From positions 29,976 to 93,975 of the forward strand of contig CAZZCN010000003.1 of NCBI GenBank assembly GCA_964652975.1: a stretch of DNA of 64,000 bases. The letters are read 5' to 3'. The notes below the pieces were generated by a model. It saw nothing but the letters and a program-made list of their open reading frames with translations, searched no databases and was not told where the DNA came from. Within the stretch, counting starts at the first letter, position 1, and the number at the start of each line of letters is the position of its first letter. The stretch comes from an uncultured Oscillospiraceae bacterium. GTDB lineage: Bacteria > Bacillota > Clostridia > Saccharofermentanales > UBA5734. The position numbers were made by a program, and so were the translations under genes. This document shows positions 44,401-56,157 of this stretch, piece after piece.

Positions 44401-45994
44401 TAACCTGGGCAAAAAGCTGTTTAAAATAGTTGAACAAAGACTGCGGCTGGTCAGAAAGAACAGCCGGTGGAATGTCGGTACCCATTGCGCCGATAGGCTC
44501 CAGTGCATCTTTTGCCATTGGCATCAGGAGTGAATTTATCTCCTCAAAAGTATATCCAAAAAGCTTTTGCGCCTGCTCTATTTTTTCGGGCTCGATTACT
44601 TTTTGCTCATACTCTTCATAATTCAAATCTTCCAGATGCAAAAGGTTTTCATCAAGCCATTTGCTGTAGTCATTGGCCTGCGCCATTGATTTTTTAATCT
44701 CGTCGTCATCGATTATACGTCCCTGCTTGGTATCGATTATTAACATTCTTCCGGGACGAAGTCTCTCTTTTATTAAAATATTTTCGGCCGGAATATCAAG
44801 AACGCCGGCTTCAGACGCTAGAATAACCTGCCCGTCCTTTGTAACATAGTACCTTGACGGACGAAGTCCATTTCTATCCAGTGTAGCAGCTACAATTGAA
44901 CCATCGGTGAATGCCATCGCAGCCGGGCCGTCCCATGGTTCCATGAGGACATTGTGATATTCATAGAAAGCTTTTCGCTCATCGCTCATGCTTTCGTGGT
45001 TGTTCCAAGGTTCCGGTACCATCATCATTGCAACATGAGGCATCGACCTTCCGCTGAGAGTCAGAAACTCCAGGCAGTTGTCAAACATCGCCGAGTCGCT
45101 TCCGTTGTTGTTGATAACTGGAAAAACCTTGTCGATGTCGCTGCCAAAGACGTCCGTCTTTATTCCCGACTGTCTTGCATGCATCCAGTTGATATTCCCG
45201 CGCAATGTGTTGATCTCACCGTTATGGATCAGGTATCTGTAAGGATGTGCACGTTCCCAGCTGGGGAAGGTGTTCGTGCTGTATCTCGAATGAACCAGCG
45301 CCATAGCCGTTTCGAAATCGGTACTTGTCAAATCGATGTAGAATTCATCCACCTGCTCGGCTGTAAGCATTCCTTTATATACTATCGTCCGGCTTGAAAG
45401 GCTGGCAAAATAAAAATACTTCTCGCTCTTTTCAGGTATGCCGACAATCATTTTCTCACAGCGCTTGCGTATGATATACAGTTTGCGCTCAAATCCGAGT
45501 TCGTCAAATTTATCGTTTTCGCCCATTCCAATAAAAATCTGGCGGATATAAGGACGGTTTGCTTTTGCAGTATCTCCCAGCGACAGTTCATTGATAGGCA
45601 GGGTTCTCCAGCCAAGAACTTTCTGACCTTCCTGCTGCACTATTTTCTCTATTGTATTTTCGCATCTCTTCCTGTTGACTTTAAGTCTTGGTAAAAAGAC
45701 CATTCCCACACCATACTTGCCCTCGTCAGGCAATTCTATCTGAACTGAAGGACAGACATTTCGGAAAAACTTATCCGGCAGCTGCATCAAAATACCGGCG
45801 CCATCTCCCGTGTTCTCTTCGCTGCCTGCTCCTCCGCGATGAGCAAGATTCGAAAGAATCGTAAGTGCCTCTCGTACAATTTTGTGCTCTTTTTTGCCTG
45901 AAATATTAACAACTAGACCTATTCCGCAAGCATCGTGTTCGTACTGCGGGTCGTACATTCCCTGTTTGTTTGGCAGTCCATCTGGTTTTTTCAT
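41411..45994 (-). CDS. gltB: glutamate synthase large subunit
   Basis: 1527 aa. It has an Ntn amidotransferase start '[12 protein letters not shown]', the FMN domain '[12 protein letters not shown]', and a C-terminal GXGXG domain. Confidence 0.95.
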   Translation of the reverse strand: MKKPDGLPNKQGMYDPQYEHDACGIGLVVNISGKKEHKIVREALTILSNLAHRGGAGSEENTGDGAGILMQLPDKFFRNVCPSVQIELPDEGKYGVGMVFLPRLKVNRKRCENTIEKIVQQEGQKVLGWRTLPINELSLGDTAKANRPYIRQIFIGMGENDKFDELGFERKLYIIRKRCEKMIVGIPEKSEKYFYFASLSSRTIVYKGMLTAEQVDEFYIDLTSTDFETAMALVHSRYSTNTFPSWERAHPYRYLIHNGEINTLRGNINWMHARQSGIKTDVFGSDIDKVFPVINNNGSDSAMFDNCLEFLTLSGRSMPHVAMMMVPEPWNNHESMSDERKAFYEYHNVLMEPWDGPAAMAFTDGSIVAATLDRNGLRPSRYYVTKDGQVILASEAGVLDIPAENILIKERLRPGRMLIIDTKQGRIIDDDEIKKSMAQANDYSKWLDENLLHLEDLNYEEYEQKVIEPEKIEQAQKLFGYTFEEINSLLMPMAKDALEPIGAMGTDIPPAVLSDQPQSLFNYFKQLFAQVTNPPIDAIREQIVTATETYMGTEGNLLNPSPIDCHQIKMTYPILTNAQFEKLRNIKEEGFKAITLPIFFSAKGDGKALENAMEKLFILADKAVEEGHNLIVLSDRGFTASTTPIPSLLAVSGLHHHLIRKKTRTRVGIILESGEPREIHHLALLIGYGVSAINPYMVYESINYLIANGNLKGVSEYDAHKNYIKAAIKGIIKVISKMGISTIQSYQGSQIFEALGVSQQVIDKYFTATPSRLGGIDLDVIAKECEGRRREAFSPNSLNSGLESGGVLKWRSNGEYHQFNPLSVYKLQQSVRTNDYNTFKSYSALLNEENQKLCTLRGLLKFKKSSGSVPLESVESVDSIVKRFKTGAMSYGSISKEAHEALAIAMNRLGGRSNTGEGGEDPERFITMENGDSRCSSIKQVASGRFGVTSEYLVNARELQIKMAQGAKPGEGGQLPGSKVYPWIAKTRYSTPGVGLISPPPHHDIYSIEDLAELIYDLKNVNTSARVSVKLVSEVGVGTIAAGVAKGRADVVLISGYDGGTGASPITSIRHAGLPWELGLAETHQTLMLNNLRGRIVVETDGKLMTGRDVIIAALLGAEEYGFATAPLVALGCVMMRVCNLDTCPVGVATQNPKLREKFAGKPEHVVNFMRFIAMEMREIMAELGVTKLDDIIGHTELLEADTAIDHWKASGLDLSCLLYQPDMGEDAPKKCIMSQDHELEKTMDARVLIPLSRSALKYGTPVKASLPIRNTNRVTGTQLGSEVTKIYGRKGLPADTIQLHFRGCAGQSFGAFIPHGITLDLEGDANDFVGKGLSGGKIIVRPDRSATFDTTKNIIAGNVALYGATSGESYINGVAGERFCVRNSGAKAVVESVGDHGCEYMTGGVVVVLGSVGRNFAAGMSGGVAYVLDAKGDFADTCNKEMVLLEKVEAEADVAQLREMIENHAKYTESKTASEILNDFEKMLPMFVKVMPEDYARMLSAIENVKTRDGLEGDELLLAAFEECTA

Positions 45995-46003
45995 ATAAAC
46001 CCT

Positions 46004-46084
46004 CCCTTGAGCGTATAGCGTTTTGAAATAAGTTGCATATCTATAGCGTTTTGAAACAAGTTGTATAACAGATATGATATCAAA
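46004..46084 (+). repeat. dispersed intergenic repeat family 1, copy C (left half only, with a 28-bp internal duplication)
   Basis: TATAGCGTTTTGAAA[TC]AAGTTG occurs twice, then ...ATCAAAACGCTATTCG. A 12-bp stem ATAGCGTTTTGA/TCAAAACGCTAT can form. Confidence 0.75.
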
Positions 46085-46527
46085 ACGCTATTCGTATCGA
46101 ATCTTTTGGAATTTCGGGGTAAAAAAATAGCGCACATCGTTTAAGGCTACGCATTCGCCCTTGAAGTACGCTCTTTTTCCAAAATCACCAAAAATCTATC
46201 TTAAAACCAGTTGGCTTACCGATTCGATTATTTCTAGCTACAATTTAATATATTTGACATTATATCATCCATCTCTTGCATAAATCAATACTTTTTATTA
46301 TATTTTTGGATATTTTTGCAATTTATATAAATATATCTTGCATTATGTCGATTAATACAACAAATTATATATTGATATAAGTCAATTATACCCTATATGA
46401 ATAATTTATCAATTCATTTGCTTGCATTTTATATGCTACAGGGTTGTTTATATCGTACAATGCTATCCTATAAGGCTGATGGGATTATGTTGGCCATTTG
46501 TTGATGTTTATATCGGCTGATGACAAT

Positions 46528-47409
46528 TCATCTATCACTTAATAGTTTTTTGTAGGCAGACGGGGTTGTTCCGATTTTCTTGAAAAATACCTTGTTGAAA
46601 TAGCTCAAGTTTTTGAATCCACATTCATACGCAACCTGTGTAATCCCCTTGTCGGTATCAATGAGCATTTGTTTTACAAGGTCGATGCGTTTTGAGACAA
46701 TATATTCTACAAAAGTCTGTCCTGTTGTTTCCTTGAAAATAACACAAAAATGCTGCGGTGTGACATGCAGAATTTGCGCCATCTCATTCACAGTGAGTGG
46801 CGATAAAATGTTCTCCTCTATCTTTTCTAAAACTGTTTGCAATCGTAAAAGTGCTTTCCGTTTTTGATTTGTTGTCAAATCGGATTTAAAGTGGCGGTAA
46901 AGTAAAGTCAGCAGGGAAAGCAGTTTTGCCTTGATCATCAGCTGCCAGCCCGGCTGCAGTTGTGTATATTCCGCTTCAATTTCAAAAATTAATTTGTTTA
47001 TCTCGTCAAAATACGGAGTATCCCGGGAAATTTTATTGCAAAAGCCTGCCTGTCGGTCTACAAAGGTTTTAATATAGTCATAATCCAGCAGGTTTTTGGA
47101 ACCGGACCATATAAGTGAAGGGTTGAAAACAATTACTATCTGGTTGAGACCATCTTCACCGACGTACATCCTGTGAGGCTCGATATTGTTGATTATCATC
47201 AGCTCGCCCTGATTTAAATCATATTTTCTGTTTTCGATTTCATAGACTCCGCTGCCGTTTTTGGCAAAAGACAGCTCGAAACAGTCATGATAATGATAAA
47301 AGGAGGAATCCCCCATTGTGTGAAACGGTGGAAGCTCCATGTCAGTCATCATAAATGGAAAATCGTCAGGTAATTTTATAAATTCATAGACAATATTCAC
47401 AATCTGCAA
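46528..47409 (-). CDS. AraC family transcriptional regulator
   Basis: 293 aa with a cupin-like N-terminus ('YHYHDCFELSFAKNGSG') and HTH 'GFKNLSYFNKVFFKKIGTTPSAY'. Confidence 0.85.
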   Translation of the reverse strand: MQIVNIVYEFIKLPDDFPFMMTDMELPPFHTMGDSSFYHYHDCFELSFAKNGSGVYEIENRKYDLNQGELMIINNIEPHRMYVGEDGLNQIVIVFNPSLIWSGSKNLLDYDYIKTFVDRQAGFCNKISRDTPYFDEINKLIFEIEAEYTQLQPGWQLMIKAKLLSLLTLLYRHFKSDLTTNQKRKALLRLQTVLEKIEENILSPLTVNEMAQILHVTPQHFCVIFKETTGQTFVEYIVSKRIDLVKQMLIDTDKGITQVAYECGFKNLSYFNKVFFKKIGTTPSAYKKLLSDR

Positions 47410-47508
47410 CCTTTACAATTTCATTTTCTAGACCTTGCTCTGTTGGTCCTGGTTGTCTATATAGCCAAGCCGTATTTCATAATTTTTATATTCAGTCGCC
47501 CGCATTAT

Positions 47509-47610
47509 AGCAAACTTATTTATGTTATGTATGTTGAAATTACAAAAAAATAGTTTGCCGAATGCGTTTTGATAACACATACATTATACAACTTATTTCA
47601 AAACGCTATA
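47509..47610 (-). repeat. dispersed intergenic repeat family 1, copy B (inverted relative to A)
   Basis: See copy A. AAATAGTTTGCCGAATGCGTTTTGAT is the exact reverse complement of the core in A. Confidence 0.85.
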
Positions 47611-47653
47611 TTACCGCTTATTGTTTTATTCAAGTGTCCTACTTTGTTGATTT

Positions 47654-48727
47654 TTACATCTTCCGCTTCACATTCTCAATTAGCTTGTCCGCCGCGCTTT
47701 GCGATGATGCCCATGTTGAAAAAACAAGTCCTTCAGGTGAAAGCTCCTTGAAGTGGTCCTCGATCTCCTGGCAGCTCCAGTCGTAAATCCAAAGACCCTT
47801 GCCGGCTTTCTGGATTTTCTTTAGAAGGTCCATCCACTCGATGGTTCTTGGCTGGCCATCGCCGGGAACCCATTGAATCACATCAATATCTTTAATTGCC
47901 AGAATATCATCCAAATGACCAAGCGCCTCCTTGCCATCATAATGATAGACGCACCTGTCGAGATATGCCGCTTCCTCTTCAATCGCCGGTATAACAAACT
48001 CTCGTGCCTGCGAAGGGCTTATCATGCATGAAAAATCGCACTGTATAACTGCAAATCTGCCTGATGGCAGATAAGTGGGGGCCCAGCCCAGAGATCCTGT
48101 CTTCTCCATATTGCCGGCTTTGTAAGCCATTTCGAAAACTTCCGCGTATGTTTTACGCACATCATTTAAAACGCGATGCACTTCCTCGGGGCAGTCCATA
48201 AGGTCAAAACAAAGGTCCTGCGGTCCTCGTAGAGCGCTGAGTGCGTCCATGTTGCTGTGCAGATCCAGCATTCCGACGACAAATTCATCGTTTGCAAATT
48301 TAGCTGCATATTCCATAAATTTCTTGATTTTGTCAAAATACGAATCCTTGGATTTATCGAGTCTCACTTCAAAATCAGTCCAGTCGTCCACTATCTTATG
48401 AAGCCATGTAGTGTCGTACCCCTCTTTTGAGATAATCTCCCCGCCCAGGAATCCTGCGTACTGATCAGGTCCGAGTGTCAGAGTGGCGTAAGGTATTGCT
48501 TCACCGCCATAGTATGTTGTAGCAACTGATTTTCTGAATGATTCAAGAAAAGGGTCGTAATTCTTGGAAAGACATGCCATCGCTGAAATATTGTCGGTCT
48601 GCATATGTTGGTGAAAAGGAACTCCGTCCTTTGGTGATGAAACGCATATAATCGGCCTGTCTAGTACTTCCTTTTGCCAGAAAGCGTCCCAGTATGTTTT
48701 TTTACGATCGAAGTCAGCAATTTTCAT
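47654..48727 (-). CDS. URO-D-like TIM-barrel family protein (divergent), function unknown
   Basis: 357 aa, the same length and general layout as 30473..31546 ('GPDQYAGFLGG', 'LRGPQDLCFDLMDCPEEV', 'VYHYDGKEALGHLDDI'). The assignment is weaker than for that paralogue-like gene. Confidence 0.4.
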   Translation of the reverse strand: MKIADFDRKKTYWDAFWQKEVLDRPIICVSSPKDGVPFHQHMQTDNISAMACLSKNYDPFLESFRKSVATTYYGGEAIPYATLTLGPDQYAGFLGGEIISKEGYDTTWLHKIVDDWTDFEVRLDKSKDSYFDKIKKFMEYAAKFANDEFVVGMLDLHSNMDALSALRGPQDLCFDLMDCPEEVHRVLNDVRKTYAEVFEMAYKAGNMEKTGSLGWAPTYLPSGRFAVIQCDFSCMISPSQAREFVIPAIEEEAAYLDRCVYHYDGKEALGHLDDILAIKDIDVIQWVPGDGQPRTIEWMDLLKKIQKAGKGLWIYDWSCQEIEDHFKELSPEGLVFSTWASSQSAADKLIENVKRKM

Positions 48728-48990
48728 TTTAGATATCCTCCATTAATTTGATTTCGGGAAAATACAAACTACGTGCAATTTTCTCATCAAATATTAATGT
48801 TACACCTGAAATTAAGAATAACCTACATCTTTTTTACGAGATATGCATTCTATTTTAAGATTTTTTGATAACAAGCATATTGTAACACAAAAGCCTGTAA
48901 ACGTGCTTTTATTTTTTGCAATTTTTTGATAAAAATATTCTAGTGTTTCTATAAAATAATTTTTATATAATTCTCAGGAAAATTCAAGTT

Positions 48991-49737
48991 TTAACCTTCA
49001 AACCCTGTAAAATCAACGTTGTGTTTTTTCGTTATATGATCAAAGATATTCTGTACTTTCGCATTCAAAACAAGTTCAACGGGAAATGAGATTGTCTCAA
49101 GCATTTTGCACATTGTAGAAACCTCGCCTATATCCCAGGGACAATGCGCATCAGAGTTTATTACAACAGGGACTCCGAAATTCATGCATTCCGATGCAAT
49201 TTCGAGGCACATATCCTGACCACCGCGTCTGACAAAAAACGAACTGTTATTCATCTCGACGAATTTGCCGTTTTCTTTGCATGCCTTGACGACTTCCCTT
49301 ATATCAAATGGATAGTCCGGTGAATCCAAATGTCCCATCAAATCCACATGTGCATTATTAGTAGCCGCTATAAGTGTTTGTGTATGAATTGACCTGGTTG
49401 CCACAGGGAATGTGCTGTTGTGAAACGATGCTATGATCCATTCCAATTTAGTAATAATTTCATCGTTAGTATCGATATTTCCATAGATGTCAATTATATT
49501 CGCCTCTATTCCGCGAATGAGTGCAACACCGTTTACGAATCGAGGAAGGACCCGCATATTGTAAAAATGCCACGGGTGCGGTGAATCCGGCAAAGCAGGT
49601 CCGTGATCTGTTATTGCAAGCGCCAGAAGACCTTTCTTGCTGGCTTCCACTAAGTTTTCTGATATAGTCCCATATGCATGTGATGAGGCTATGCTGTGAC
49701 AATGCAAGTCCGCCTCGATTTTGTAAATACTGTTCAT
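48991..49737 (-). CDS. PHP-domain phosphatase (YcdX-like)
   Basis: 248 aa. Motifs: 'ADLHCHSIASSHAYG', 'AITDHGP' and 'NSDAHCPWDIG'. Confidence 0.8.
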   Translation of the reverse strand: MNSIYKIEADLHCHSIASSHAYGTISENLVEASKKGLLALAITDHGPALPDSPHPWHFYNMRVLPRFVNGVALIRGIEANIIDIYGNIDTNDEIITKLEWIIASFHNSTFPVATRSIHTQTLIAATNNAHVDLMGHLDSPDYPFDIREVVKACKENGKFVEMNNSSFFVRRGGQDMCLEIASECMNFGVPVVINSDAHCPWDIGEVSTMCKMLETISFPVELVLNAKVQNIFDHITKKHNVDFTGFEG

Positions 49738-50138
49738 TAATATAATTGCTCCTTAAAGAAAATTACTGCTATGCCCATTTTCATTATTAGACTTAATTTT
49801 TATTTCTTTTTCTTTTCTTACTTTACCACGAATGCTAGTGATAATAAACTGACAAATTGTCGATTTGTCACAATCCGGTCAAAATCCTCCAATCGCAATT
49901 CAAATTTTCTTACCACTTAGTAATTTGTTTTCAACGATTATGCTATCATTTCATTTTGAATCTATTTCAACTCTATCGTATATTCCGACTGAATCAATTG
50001 CGTATGGCTGAGCAAAGACTTTTTGATACTTATCCTAATTTTCGTCATTTTCGAAAATTATAAAATGATACTATAGTAATTACTGTCAACCCACTTCCAC
50101 TATTGCAATACAAAATCTATTTATTTATAATGGCAGTT

Positions 50139-50855
50139 ATGAGATTGGATCGCTTATTGGCAAATTCAGGATACGGGTCGCGGACCACCGTAAAAGAAAT
50201 GATTCGCAAAGGCGAGGTAACTGTTGACGGTAAAATTGTAACCGACCAGGGACTTCATGTTGACGAGTCCGCAAAGAATACGATAGAAGTATCAGGAAGC
50301 TATGCAAAAACCCGAAAATATCTTCACTATATGCTTTATAAACCCACTGGGGTGATTACCGCCCTGGATGATAAAAGGCATGAGACAATTGCCAAGTTTA
50401 TACCCGCCAATCTGCTAACCGCAGGAATTTTCCCTGTTGGCAGACTGGATATCGACACGACAGGTCTTTTGCTGCTGACCAACGACGGAACACTTTGTCA
50501 CAGGCTTACAGGACCTAAATGGCATGTCGATAAGGAATACTACTTCGAATTATCAGGAAAATACCTTGATGACTCTGATGTGATAAAACTTGAAAATGGA
50601 CTTGTACTTGCAGACGGCACCGTCTGTAAGCCCGCCAAGCTTGAAATTTTAGAGTCCTTTAGCGGTCTTCTGACAATTCGCGAGGGTAAATATCATCAGG
50701 TGAAGCGAATGATGAAGGATTTGGGCGGAACTGTAACAGTCCTCGAAAGACGACGGATGGGCGATATAGTTTTAGACACGTCCCTGGCACCCGGAGAAAT
50801 CCGCGAACTTACCGAGGAAGAGATAGCTTCACTTTATGGTTCAACTGGAATGTAA
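50139..50855 (+). CDS. rsuA: RsuA/RluB-family rRNA pseudouridine synthase
   Basis: S4 domain 'MRLDRLLANSGYGSRTTVKEMIRKGEVTVDG' and catalytic 'GRLDIDTTGLLLLTNDG'. The track start at 50103 is a TTG extension. ATG at 50130 is an alternative. Confidence 0.8.
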   Translation: MRLDRLLANSGYGSRTTVKEMIRKGEVTVDGKIVTDQGLHVDESAKNTIEVSGSYAKTRKYLHYMLYKPTGVITALDDKRHETIAKFIPANLLTAGIFPVGRLDIDTTGLLLLTNDGTLCHRLTGPKWHVDKEYYFELSGKYLDDSDVIKLENGLVLADGTVCKPAKLEILESFSGLLTIREGKYHQVKRMMKDLGGTVTVLERRRMGDIVLDTSLAPGEIRELTEEEIASLYGSTGM

Positions 50856-50869
50856 AATTAGAAATTTTC

Positions 50870-51814
50870 TTATGGCTTGGCTGTCGGAGTTGGAATCGGA
50901 GTCGGTATAGGCGTTGGAGTGGCAGAAGGAATCAGAGTTACCTTGGGCAATATATTCTTGTTGTCGGCTATTAGCTTTCTTATGAATTCTCTTGCCTTTT
51001 CGGGTCTTTGCGACTTTATGCTGACTGTAATTATCTGGTCACGGCCCAGTATTCCGATTCCATTCAAAAATTGAGTTGTAGACAAGTCTATTCCGTATAT
51101 TTTCGTAGGACCTGCAACGTCTTCACTGTCTTTAACCGCTGCAGTTGCACTTTTCAGCAAGAGACTCTTGCTCGCTTCATTTGAATTCAGCTCGTTATAC
51201 AAATCATCAATAGCAACAAATGCTCCCATTCCTGCATATCTTTCAAAATTAGCTTTGTCAACTATTATAATGTCCTCGCCGGATACAGTTACCAGAATCA
51301 TAGCTTTCTGAATATTTGCAGCACCATATTCCGATCCCCCGTCAGCGGTTAGATAGGCGGTTGCTATCTCAACCTTCTTGAATTCCGGAAATAATGTCTT
51401 TACGTAGTCTTCGGTTATCTCTGCTTCTGAGACATAAAAATCACCAACTGCGGCGATTTTAAAGTCAGCAGGTGTATTGGTTGCAATGCTGTATATCATA
51501 TAAATTAAAAAAGCTGCCACGACGGCAATAACGCCGAATTTGAATTTGCCATAAAGCCAGATATTGCTCCACTCTTTCCTGGTCTTGCCAAATACAACAT
51601 CCTTCATGCGGGGGTCTTCAGGTTCCTTCTCAACATGTCTTCCTGTTACAATGTTATAAGCCAGAGAAATCTCCTCAAGCTTCTCGTTATTCTGCTCAGC
51701 TCTGTAGCGCTTGACTAAAGTTGCATATCTGATTTCAATATCCGAATGCAATGAATCTTCTGTCATTCCCAATATGGTTAGCGCTTCTTTTCTATCAATC
51801 ATTTCAGATTGCAC
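50870..51814 (-). CDS. membrane protein with degenerate J-domain-like N-terminus and Pro/Thr-rich C-terminus
   Basis: 314 aa. 'EALTILGMTEDS..IEIRYATLVKRY' is J-like but has no HPD. There is one TM segment ('FGVIAVVAAFLIYMIYSI'). The C-terminus is 'ATPTPIPTPIPTPTAKP'. Confidence 0.4.
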   Translation of the reverse strand: MQSEMIDRKEALTILGMTEDSLHSDIEIRYATLVKRYRAEQNNEKLEEISLAYNIVTGRHVEKEPEDPRMKDVVFGKTRKEWSNIWLYGKFKFGVIAVVAAFLIYMIYSIATNTPADFKIAAVGDFYVSEAEITEDYVKTLFPEFKKVEIATAYLTADGGSEYGAANIQKAMILVTVSGEDIIIVDKANFERYAGMGAFVAIDDLYNELNSNEASKSLLLKSATAAVKDSEDVAGPTKIYGIDLSTTQFLNGIGILGRDQIITVSIKSQRPEKAREFIRKLIADNKNILPKVTLIPSATPTPIPTPIPTPTAKP

Positions 51815-51838
51815 CCCTTCCGATTGTCTATAACCGGT

Positions 51839-53356
51839 TTACTTGATAGGCTTCATTGTAGGGAACAAAAGAACATCCCTTATGCTTGCACTGTCAGTCA
51901 AAAGCATGATGAGTCTGTCGATTCCGATACCAAGGCCTCCCGTTGGCGGCATGGCATATTCCAGTGATTGACAGAAATCCTCATCAATCATATTGGCCTC
52001 TTCGTCACCTGCTTCGCGCTTTGCAAGCTGCATGGCAAACCGATCTCTCTGATCCACCGGGTCATTTAGTTCGGAATATGCATTGGCATATTCCCTGCCA
52101 CCGATGAAAAGTTCAAATCTTTCAGTCAACTCCGGACTTCCCGGCTTTCTCTTGGTCAGAGGGGAGACTTCTATGGGATAATCACATACAAAAGTTGGCT
52201 GTATAAGGCTCTCCTCACAAAAAACCTCAAAAAACTTGTTTACTATGTCACCTTTGGTGGTTCCAGGATTAACCTCGATACCTTTTTCGCGGGCGATCAC
52301 AGCAGCTTCGTCATCGTTTTTGATGGTGGCAAAATCCACTCCTGTGGTTTCTTTTATCAGGTCATACATTGACACTCTTCTGAAAGGAGGAGTAAGATTT
52401 ATCTCCTGACCCTGGTAATTAATAATTGTTGAGTCATCATTAACCGCTTTGCAGCAGTGAGCTATCAGATTCTCGGTCAGAGTCATCATGCCTCTATAGT
52501 CTGTATAAGCCTGATATAATTCAATTGTAGTAAATTCAGGATTGTGCTTTACTGACATTCCTTCATTCCTGAAAAGTCTGCCCATCTCGTAAACACGCTC
52601 AAACCCGCCTACTATAAGCCTTTTAAGGTATAGCTCCGGCGCAATTCTCAGAAACATATCCATTCCCAGAGTGTTATGGTGGGTTATGAATGGCTTCGCA
52701 GCTGCGCCTCCGGCAATGGTGTTAAGAATCGGAGTGTCAACTTCAAGAAAGTCCATATTATCCAGATAGGATCTGACCGCTTTGATAATGGAACTCCTTT
52801 TGACAAAAGTCTGCTTGACTTCAGGATTGACAATCAAATCAAGGTAGCGCTGGCGGTATCTCGTATCAGTGTCTTTGAGACCGTGGAATTTCTCCGGTAA
52901 GGGTCTTAAGGATTTTGATAAAAGTGAATACTCTCTTGTCTGTACAGATATCTCACCTTTTTGTGTTCTGAACACAACGCCTTTAATGCCAACAATGTCG
53001 CCGGTATCAAGTTTTTGCCACTTCTCGTAGTTCTCTTCGCCCAAAGCATCAATCTTGGTAAAAAGTTGAATTTTACCTTTGGCGTCGTGCAAGTCACAAA
53101 AAGACACCTTGCCCATGCCTCTCTTGCTCATTATTCTTCCTGCAATCGAGACCTCTGCACCTTCAAGGGATTCAAAGTTGTCAATAATTTCCGTGCTGTA
53201 TCTGTTTACTTCATATGTCACATGAATAAAAGGGTCGTTGCCCGATTTCTTCATTTCGTCCAGCTTGGCCAGTCTAATCCGCATCTGCTCGTGCATTTGT
53301 TCCTGGATTTGTTCTTGTGTCTGCTCCAGAATTTGATCGTTGTGATCCGTTGTCAT
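51839..53356 (-). CDS. lysS: lysine--tRNA ligase (class II)
   Basis: 505 aa with motif 2 '[17 protein letters not shown]' and motif 3 '[14 protein letters not shown]'. Confidence 0.95.
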   Translation of the reverse strand: MTTDHNDQILEQTQEQIQEQMHEQMRIRLAKLDEMKKSGNDPFIHVTYEVNRYSTEIIDNFESLEGAEVSIAGRIMSKRGMGKVSFCDLHDAKGKIQLFTKIDALGEENYEKWQKLDTGDIVGIKGVVFRTQKGEISVQTREYSLLSKSLRPLPEKFHGLKDTDTRYRQRYLDLIVNPEVKQTFVKRSSIIKAVRSYLDNMDFLEVDTPILNTIAGGAAAKPFITHHNTLGMDMFLRIAPELYLKRLIVGGFERVYEMGRLFRNEGMSVKHNPEFTTIELYQAYTDYRGMMTLTENLIAHCCKAVNDDSTIINYQGQEINLTPPFRRVSMYDLIKETTGVDFATIKNDDEAAVIAREKGIEVNPGTTKGDIVNKFFEVFCEESLIQPTFVCDYPIEVSPLTKRKPGSPELTERFELFIGGREYANAYSELNDPVDQRDRFAMQLAKREAGDEEANMIDEDFCQSLEYAMPPTGGLGIGIDRLIMLLTDSASIRDVLLFPTMKPIK

Positions 53357-53549
53357 CAGACAACCTCCTATTATAGTTTAATAGCTCAGTATGTCTGTAA
53401 TGACTGAGCGGGTTTGCAAATATTTCGCTTATTTGGTTTTTTAGTCTATGGTTTCAAATAACTTCACAAAAATATCACTTGTATTATAACATCAGCGTCC
53501 TACTGTAGTATTTTTGTAAAACACCTCTGATTTTAGGCCTCGAATGGTT

Positions 53550-54032
53550 TTATGGCTTTGATATTTTCACTATTCTGTACTTCAATGTACCGGTAGGTGT
53601 CTTTACTTCAACAACCTGACCTTTCTTCTTGCCGACTATAGCGTTGCCGATAGGAGAATCTGTGGATATCTTGTTCTCGAAAATATTAGCTTCCTTCTCG
53701 CTTACAAGTGTGTAGTCATTGTCTTCGCCTGTCTCTTCGTCACGTATCTTGATCTTGGCACCGATTGTTACCTTGGTCTTGCTTATCTCATCCTCGTCTA
53801 TCAGCTTGGAATTCTTTAATATTCCTTCGATGGCGATTATGCGGGCTTCGTTCTCGCCCTGTGCATTCTTTGCATCGTCATATTCTGAGTTTTCGGAAAT
53901 ATCTCCAAAAGAAAGCGCTTGCTTTATACGCTCTGCAATTTCTGTCCTGTTTTCGACTTTTCTCTTCTCGAGTTCCTCTTCAAGCTTGCGTATTCCCTCA
54001 TAGGTCATTTCATAAACATTTTTTTCCGGCAT
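53550..54032 (-). CDS. greA: transcription elongation factor GreA
   Basis: 160 aa with 'SFGDISENSEYDDAK' and C-terminal 'ISTDSPIGNAIVGKKKGQVVEV'. Confidence 0.92.
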   Translation of the reverse strand: MPEKNVYEMTYEGIRKLEEELEKRKVENRTEIAERIKQALSFGDISENSEYDDAKNAQGENEARIIAIEGILKNSKLIDEDEISKTKVTIGAKIKIRDEETGEDNDYTLVSEKEANIFENKISTDSPIGNAIVGKKKGQVVEVKTPTGTLKYRIVKISKP

Positions 54033-54363
54033 ATTATACCCCTTCCCATTCCTATAAAATCTCTGCTTTTATTTTTCTACATATTGAAATAATAATGTTA
54101 CTGTTTCTGTCGAATATCAATTTTAATGGCCATTATAATAAAAACTCTTAAAACAATATCCTATGTGCTCTTGCATCAATTAACTCTGCACTCTGCCATC
54201 AATTAACTTTGCTTCAATATTAAACTACATTTTAGCATTTTTCGCAAGTAAAACCGTTCGGTAGCTTACTATTCATGCTGTTTTTGCCTTTTAATCGGTT
54301 GCTAATCGACTGGATAAAATGTAAATTCCAGATAAATCTCAAATAATAAAATATTACATTGGG

Positions 54364-55887
54364 CTAATTTATCCTGTCACTGTCCTTTGTGATAACATCA
54401 TGCGCTCCGCCCTCGATAAGGCTTGTCGAAGAAACCACTACTAATCTTGCCTTGCGCTTGAGTTCATCTAAGTTGACAGATCCGCACGAGCAAAGGGTTG
54501 CTTTCATTTTCGAAAGGCTGACATCCAGATTGTCCTTGAGTTTGCCGGCGTAGGGCACATATGAGTCGACACCTTCTTCAAAAGCCATCTTCCCGGCAAC
54601 ACCACCGTCGTCGTATCTCTGCCAGTTCCTCGCTCTGTTGGACCCCTCGCCCCAATACTCCTTGACATAGGTTTTATTAACAAGCAGCTTGCGGGTGGGG
54701 CTTTCGTCAAATCTTGCAAAATATCTGCCAAGCATTAGAAAATCCGCTCCCATTGCAAGAGCAAGCGTCATGTGGTAGTCGTGGACAATGCCGCCGTCTG
54801 AACATATAGGTATATATATTCCGGTCTTTTCGTAGTATTCATCACGTGCCTTTGCTACTGCCATAACAGCAGACGCTTGGCCACAGCCGATTCCCTTCTG
54901 CTCTCTTGTAATGCAGATTGATCCGCCGCCTATTCCGACTTTTATGAAATCTGCTCCAGCCTCTGCAAGGTATAAAAAGCCTTCGGCGTCTACTACGTTT
55001 CCTGCGCCTACATATACGCCGGTCGGATATTGGGATTTTATCCAGTCTATCGTTTTCTTCTGCCATACACTGAATCCGTCAGATGAATCAATGCACATCA
55101 CATCAACTCCTGCATCGATAAGTGCGGGAACTCTTTGCTCGTAGTCACGTGTGTTAATGCCCGCACCGGTCATGTAGCTTTTGTTTTCGTCAAGCAGCTC
55201 GGATGGATTCTCCTTGTGCTCGTCGTAGTCTTTGCGAAAAACCATTGATACAAGGTTCCCTTGTCTGTCGATAATCGGCAGCTGGTTTATCTTGTGATCC
55301 CAGATTATATCGTTCGCTTCCTGAAGAGTGGTTCCTTCATAAGCATATATAAGCTTGTCAAACGGCGTCATAAGTGTGGATATATTGGTGTCCACAGGTG
55401 TTCTGCTAAGTCTGTAGTCCCTGCTTGTAAGTATGCCCATAAGCTTGCCATTGGGGCTTCCGTCGTCTGTAACAGCTATTGTCGAGTGTCCGGTATTTAT
55501 TTTTACTAAAAGCGCGTCAGAAAGTATTGAATCAACTTTCAGATTAGAATCGCTGATTACAAATCCGGACTTGTGCTTCTTGACCTTGCGCACCATGTCT
55601 GCCTGGCTCTCAATGGACTGCGATCCGAAAATAAAGGCAAGACCTCCGCATTTTGCGAGGGAGATTGCCATTTCGGACCCGGATACTGATTGCATTATAG
55701 CTGATACAAATGGTATGTTGATGGTTACCGGACTTTTCTCCTCACCTTTCCTGTATCTTATTACAGGAGTCTTGAGGTTAACCTTGTCAGGAACACATTG
55801 CTCGGTGGTCAAATTCGGTATCAAAAGATATTCGCTGAATGTTCTCGACGTCTCGTTAAATATTGTAGGCATTAAATTTTCCTCCAA
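54364..55887 (-). CDS. IMP dehydrogenase family protein (variant active-site loop)
   Basis: 507 aa with a CBS pair in the middle. The catalytic-Cys loop reads '[20 protein letters not shown]', where canonical GuaB has GIGPGSICTTR. This may be the IMPDH-related subgroup rather than bona fide guaB. Confidence 0.65.
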   Translation of the reverse strand: MEENLMPTIFNETSRTFSEYLLIPNLTTEQCVPDKVNLKTPVIRYRKGEEKSPVTINIPFVSAIMQSVSGSEMAISLAKCGGLAFIFGSQSIESQADMVRKVKKHKSGFVISDSNLKVDSILSDALLVKINTGHSTIAVTDDGSPNGKLMGILTSRDYRLSRTPVDTNISTLMTPFDKLIYAYEGTTLQEANDIIWDHKINQLPIIDRQGNLVSMVFRKDYDEHKENPSELLDENKSYMTGAGINTRDYEQRVPALIDAGVDVMCIDSSDGFSVWQKKTIDWIKSQYPTGVYVGAGNVVDAEGFLYLAEAGADFIKVGIGGGSICITREQKGIGCGQASAVMAVAKARDEYYEKTGIYIPICSDGGIVHDYHMTLALAMGADFLMLGRYFARFDESPTRKLLVNKTYVKEYWGEGSNRARNWQRYDDGGVAGKMAFEEGVDSYVPYAGKLKDNLDVSLSKMKATLCSCGSVNLDELKRKARLVVVSSTSLIEGGAHDVITKDSDRIN

Positions 55888-56157
55888 CCAGATATAATAA
55901 TTTAGATTACATCATTGTCTTATGATTTTGAATATACCATTATACCCTTTTATATACCTAGAATTCAATACACTGGACAAATATCTTTTTCGCGTTTTTT
56001 TCGTATTTTTTTAGTGACTTTGCGCTTTTCTGAATTGAAAACTTAAGAGCCTTCAGAGGATGGGGTATCATTAGTAATAATGCATTAAGCAGGAGTAATT
56101 CACAAAATGTATTTATCTGGGGAAAGACTGTGGATTTCAATTGAATATCACGAATCT

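Noticed and set aside
41411-45994. Many 60-150-aa ORFs on the + strand inside gltB, and similar ones inside gltD, the beta-CASP gene, the IMPDH-like gene and the methyltransferase gene
   Set aside because: These are antisense shadows of long, well-supported, higher-GC genes. They have no RBSs or recognisable motifs.
53357-53549. Possible T-box or riboswitch leaders upstream of lysS, the homocysteine methyltransferase (57580-57700), the IMPDH-like gene (55888-56157), proB (35555-35700) and gltB (45995-46200)
   Set aside because: I read both strands for the conserved cores: the T-box AGGGTGGTACCGCG-type sequence, the SAM-I GAGGGA...GCCC helices, and the purine TATAATCGCGTGGATATGGCACGC type. 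None was present. Only cmsearch can formally exclude them.
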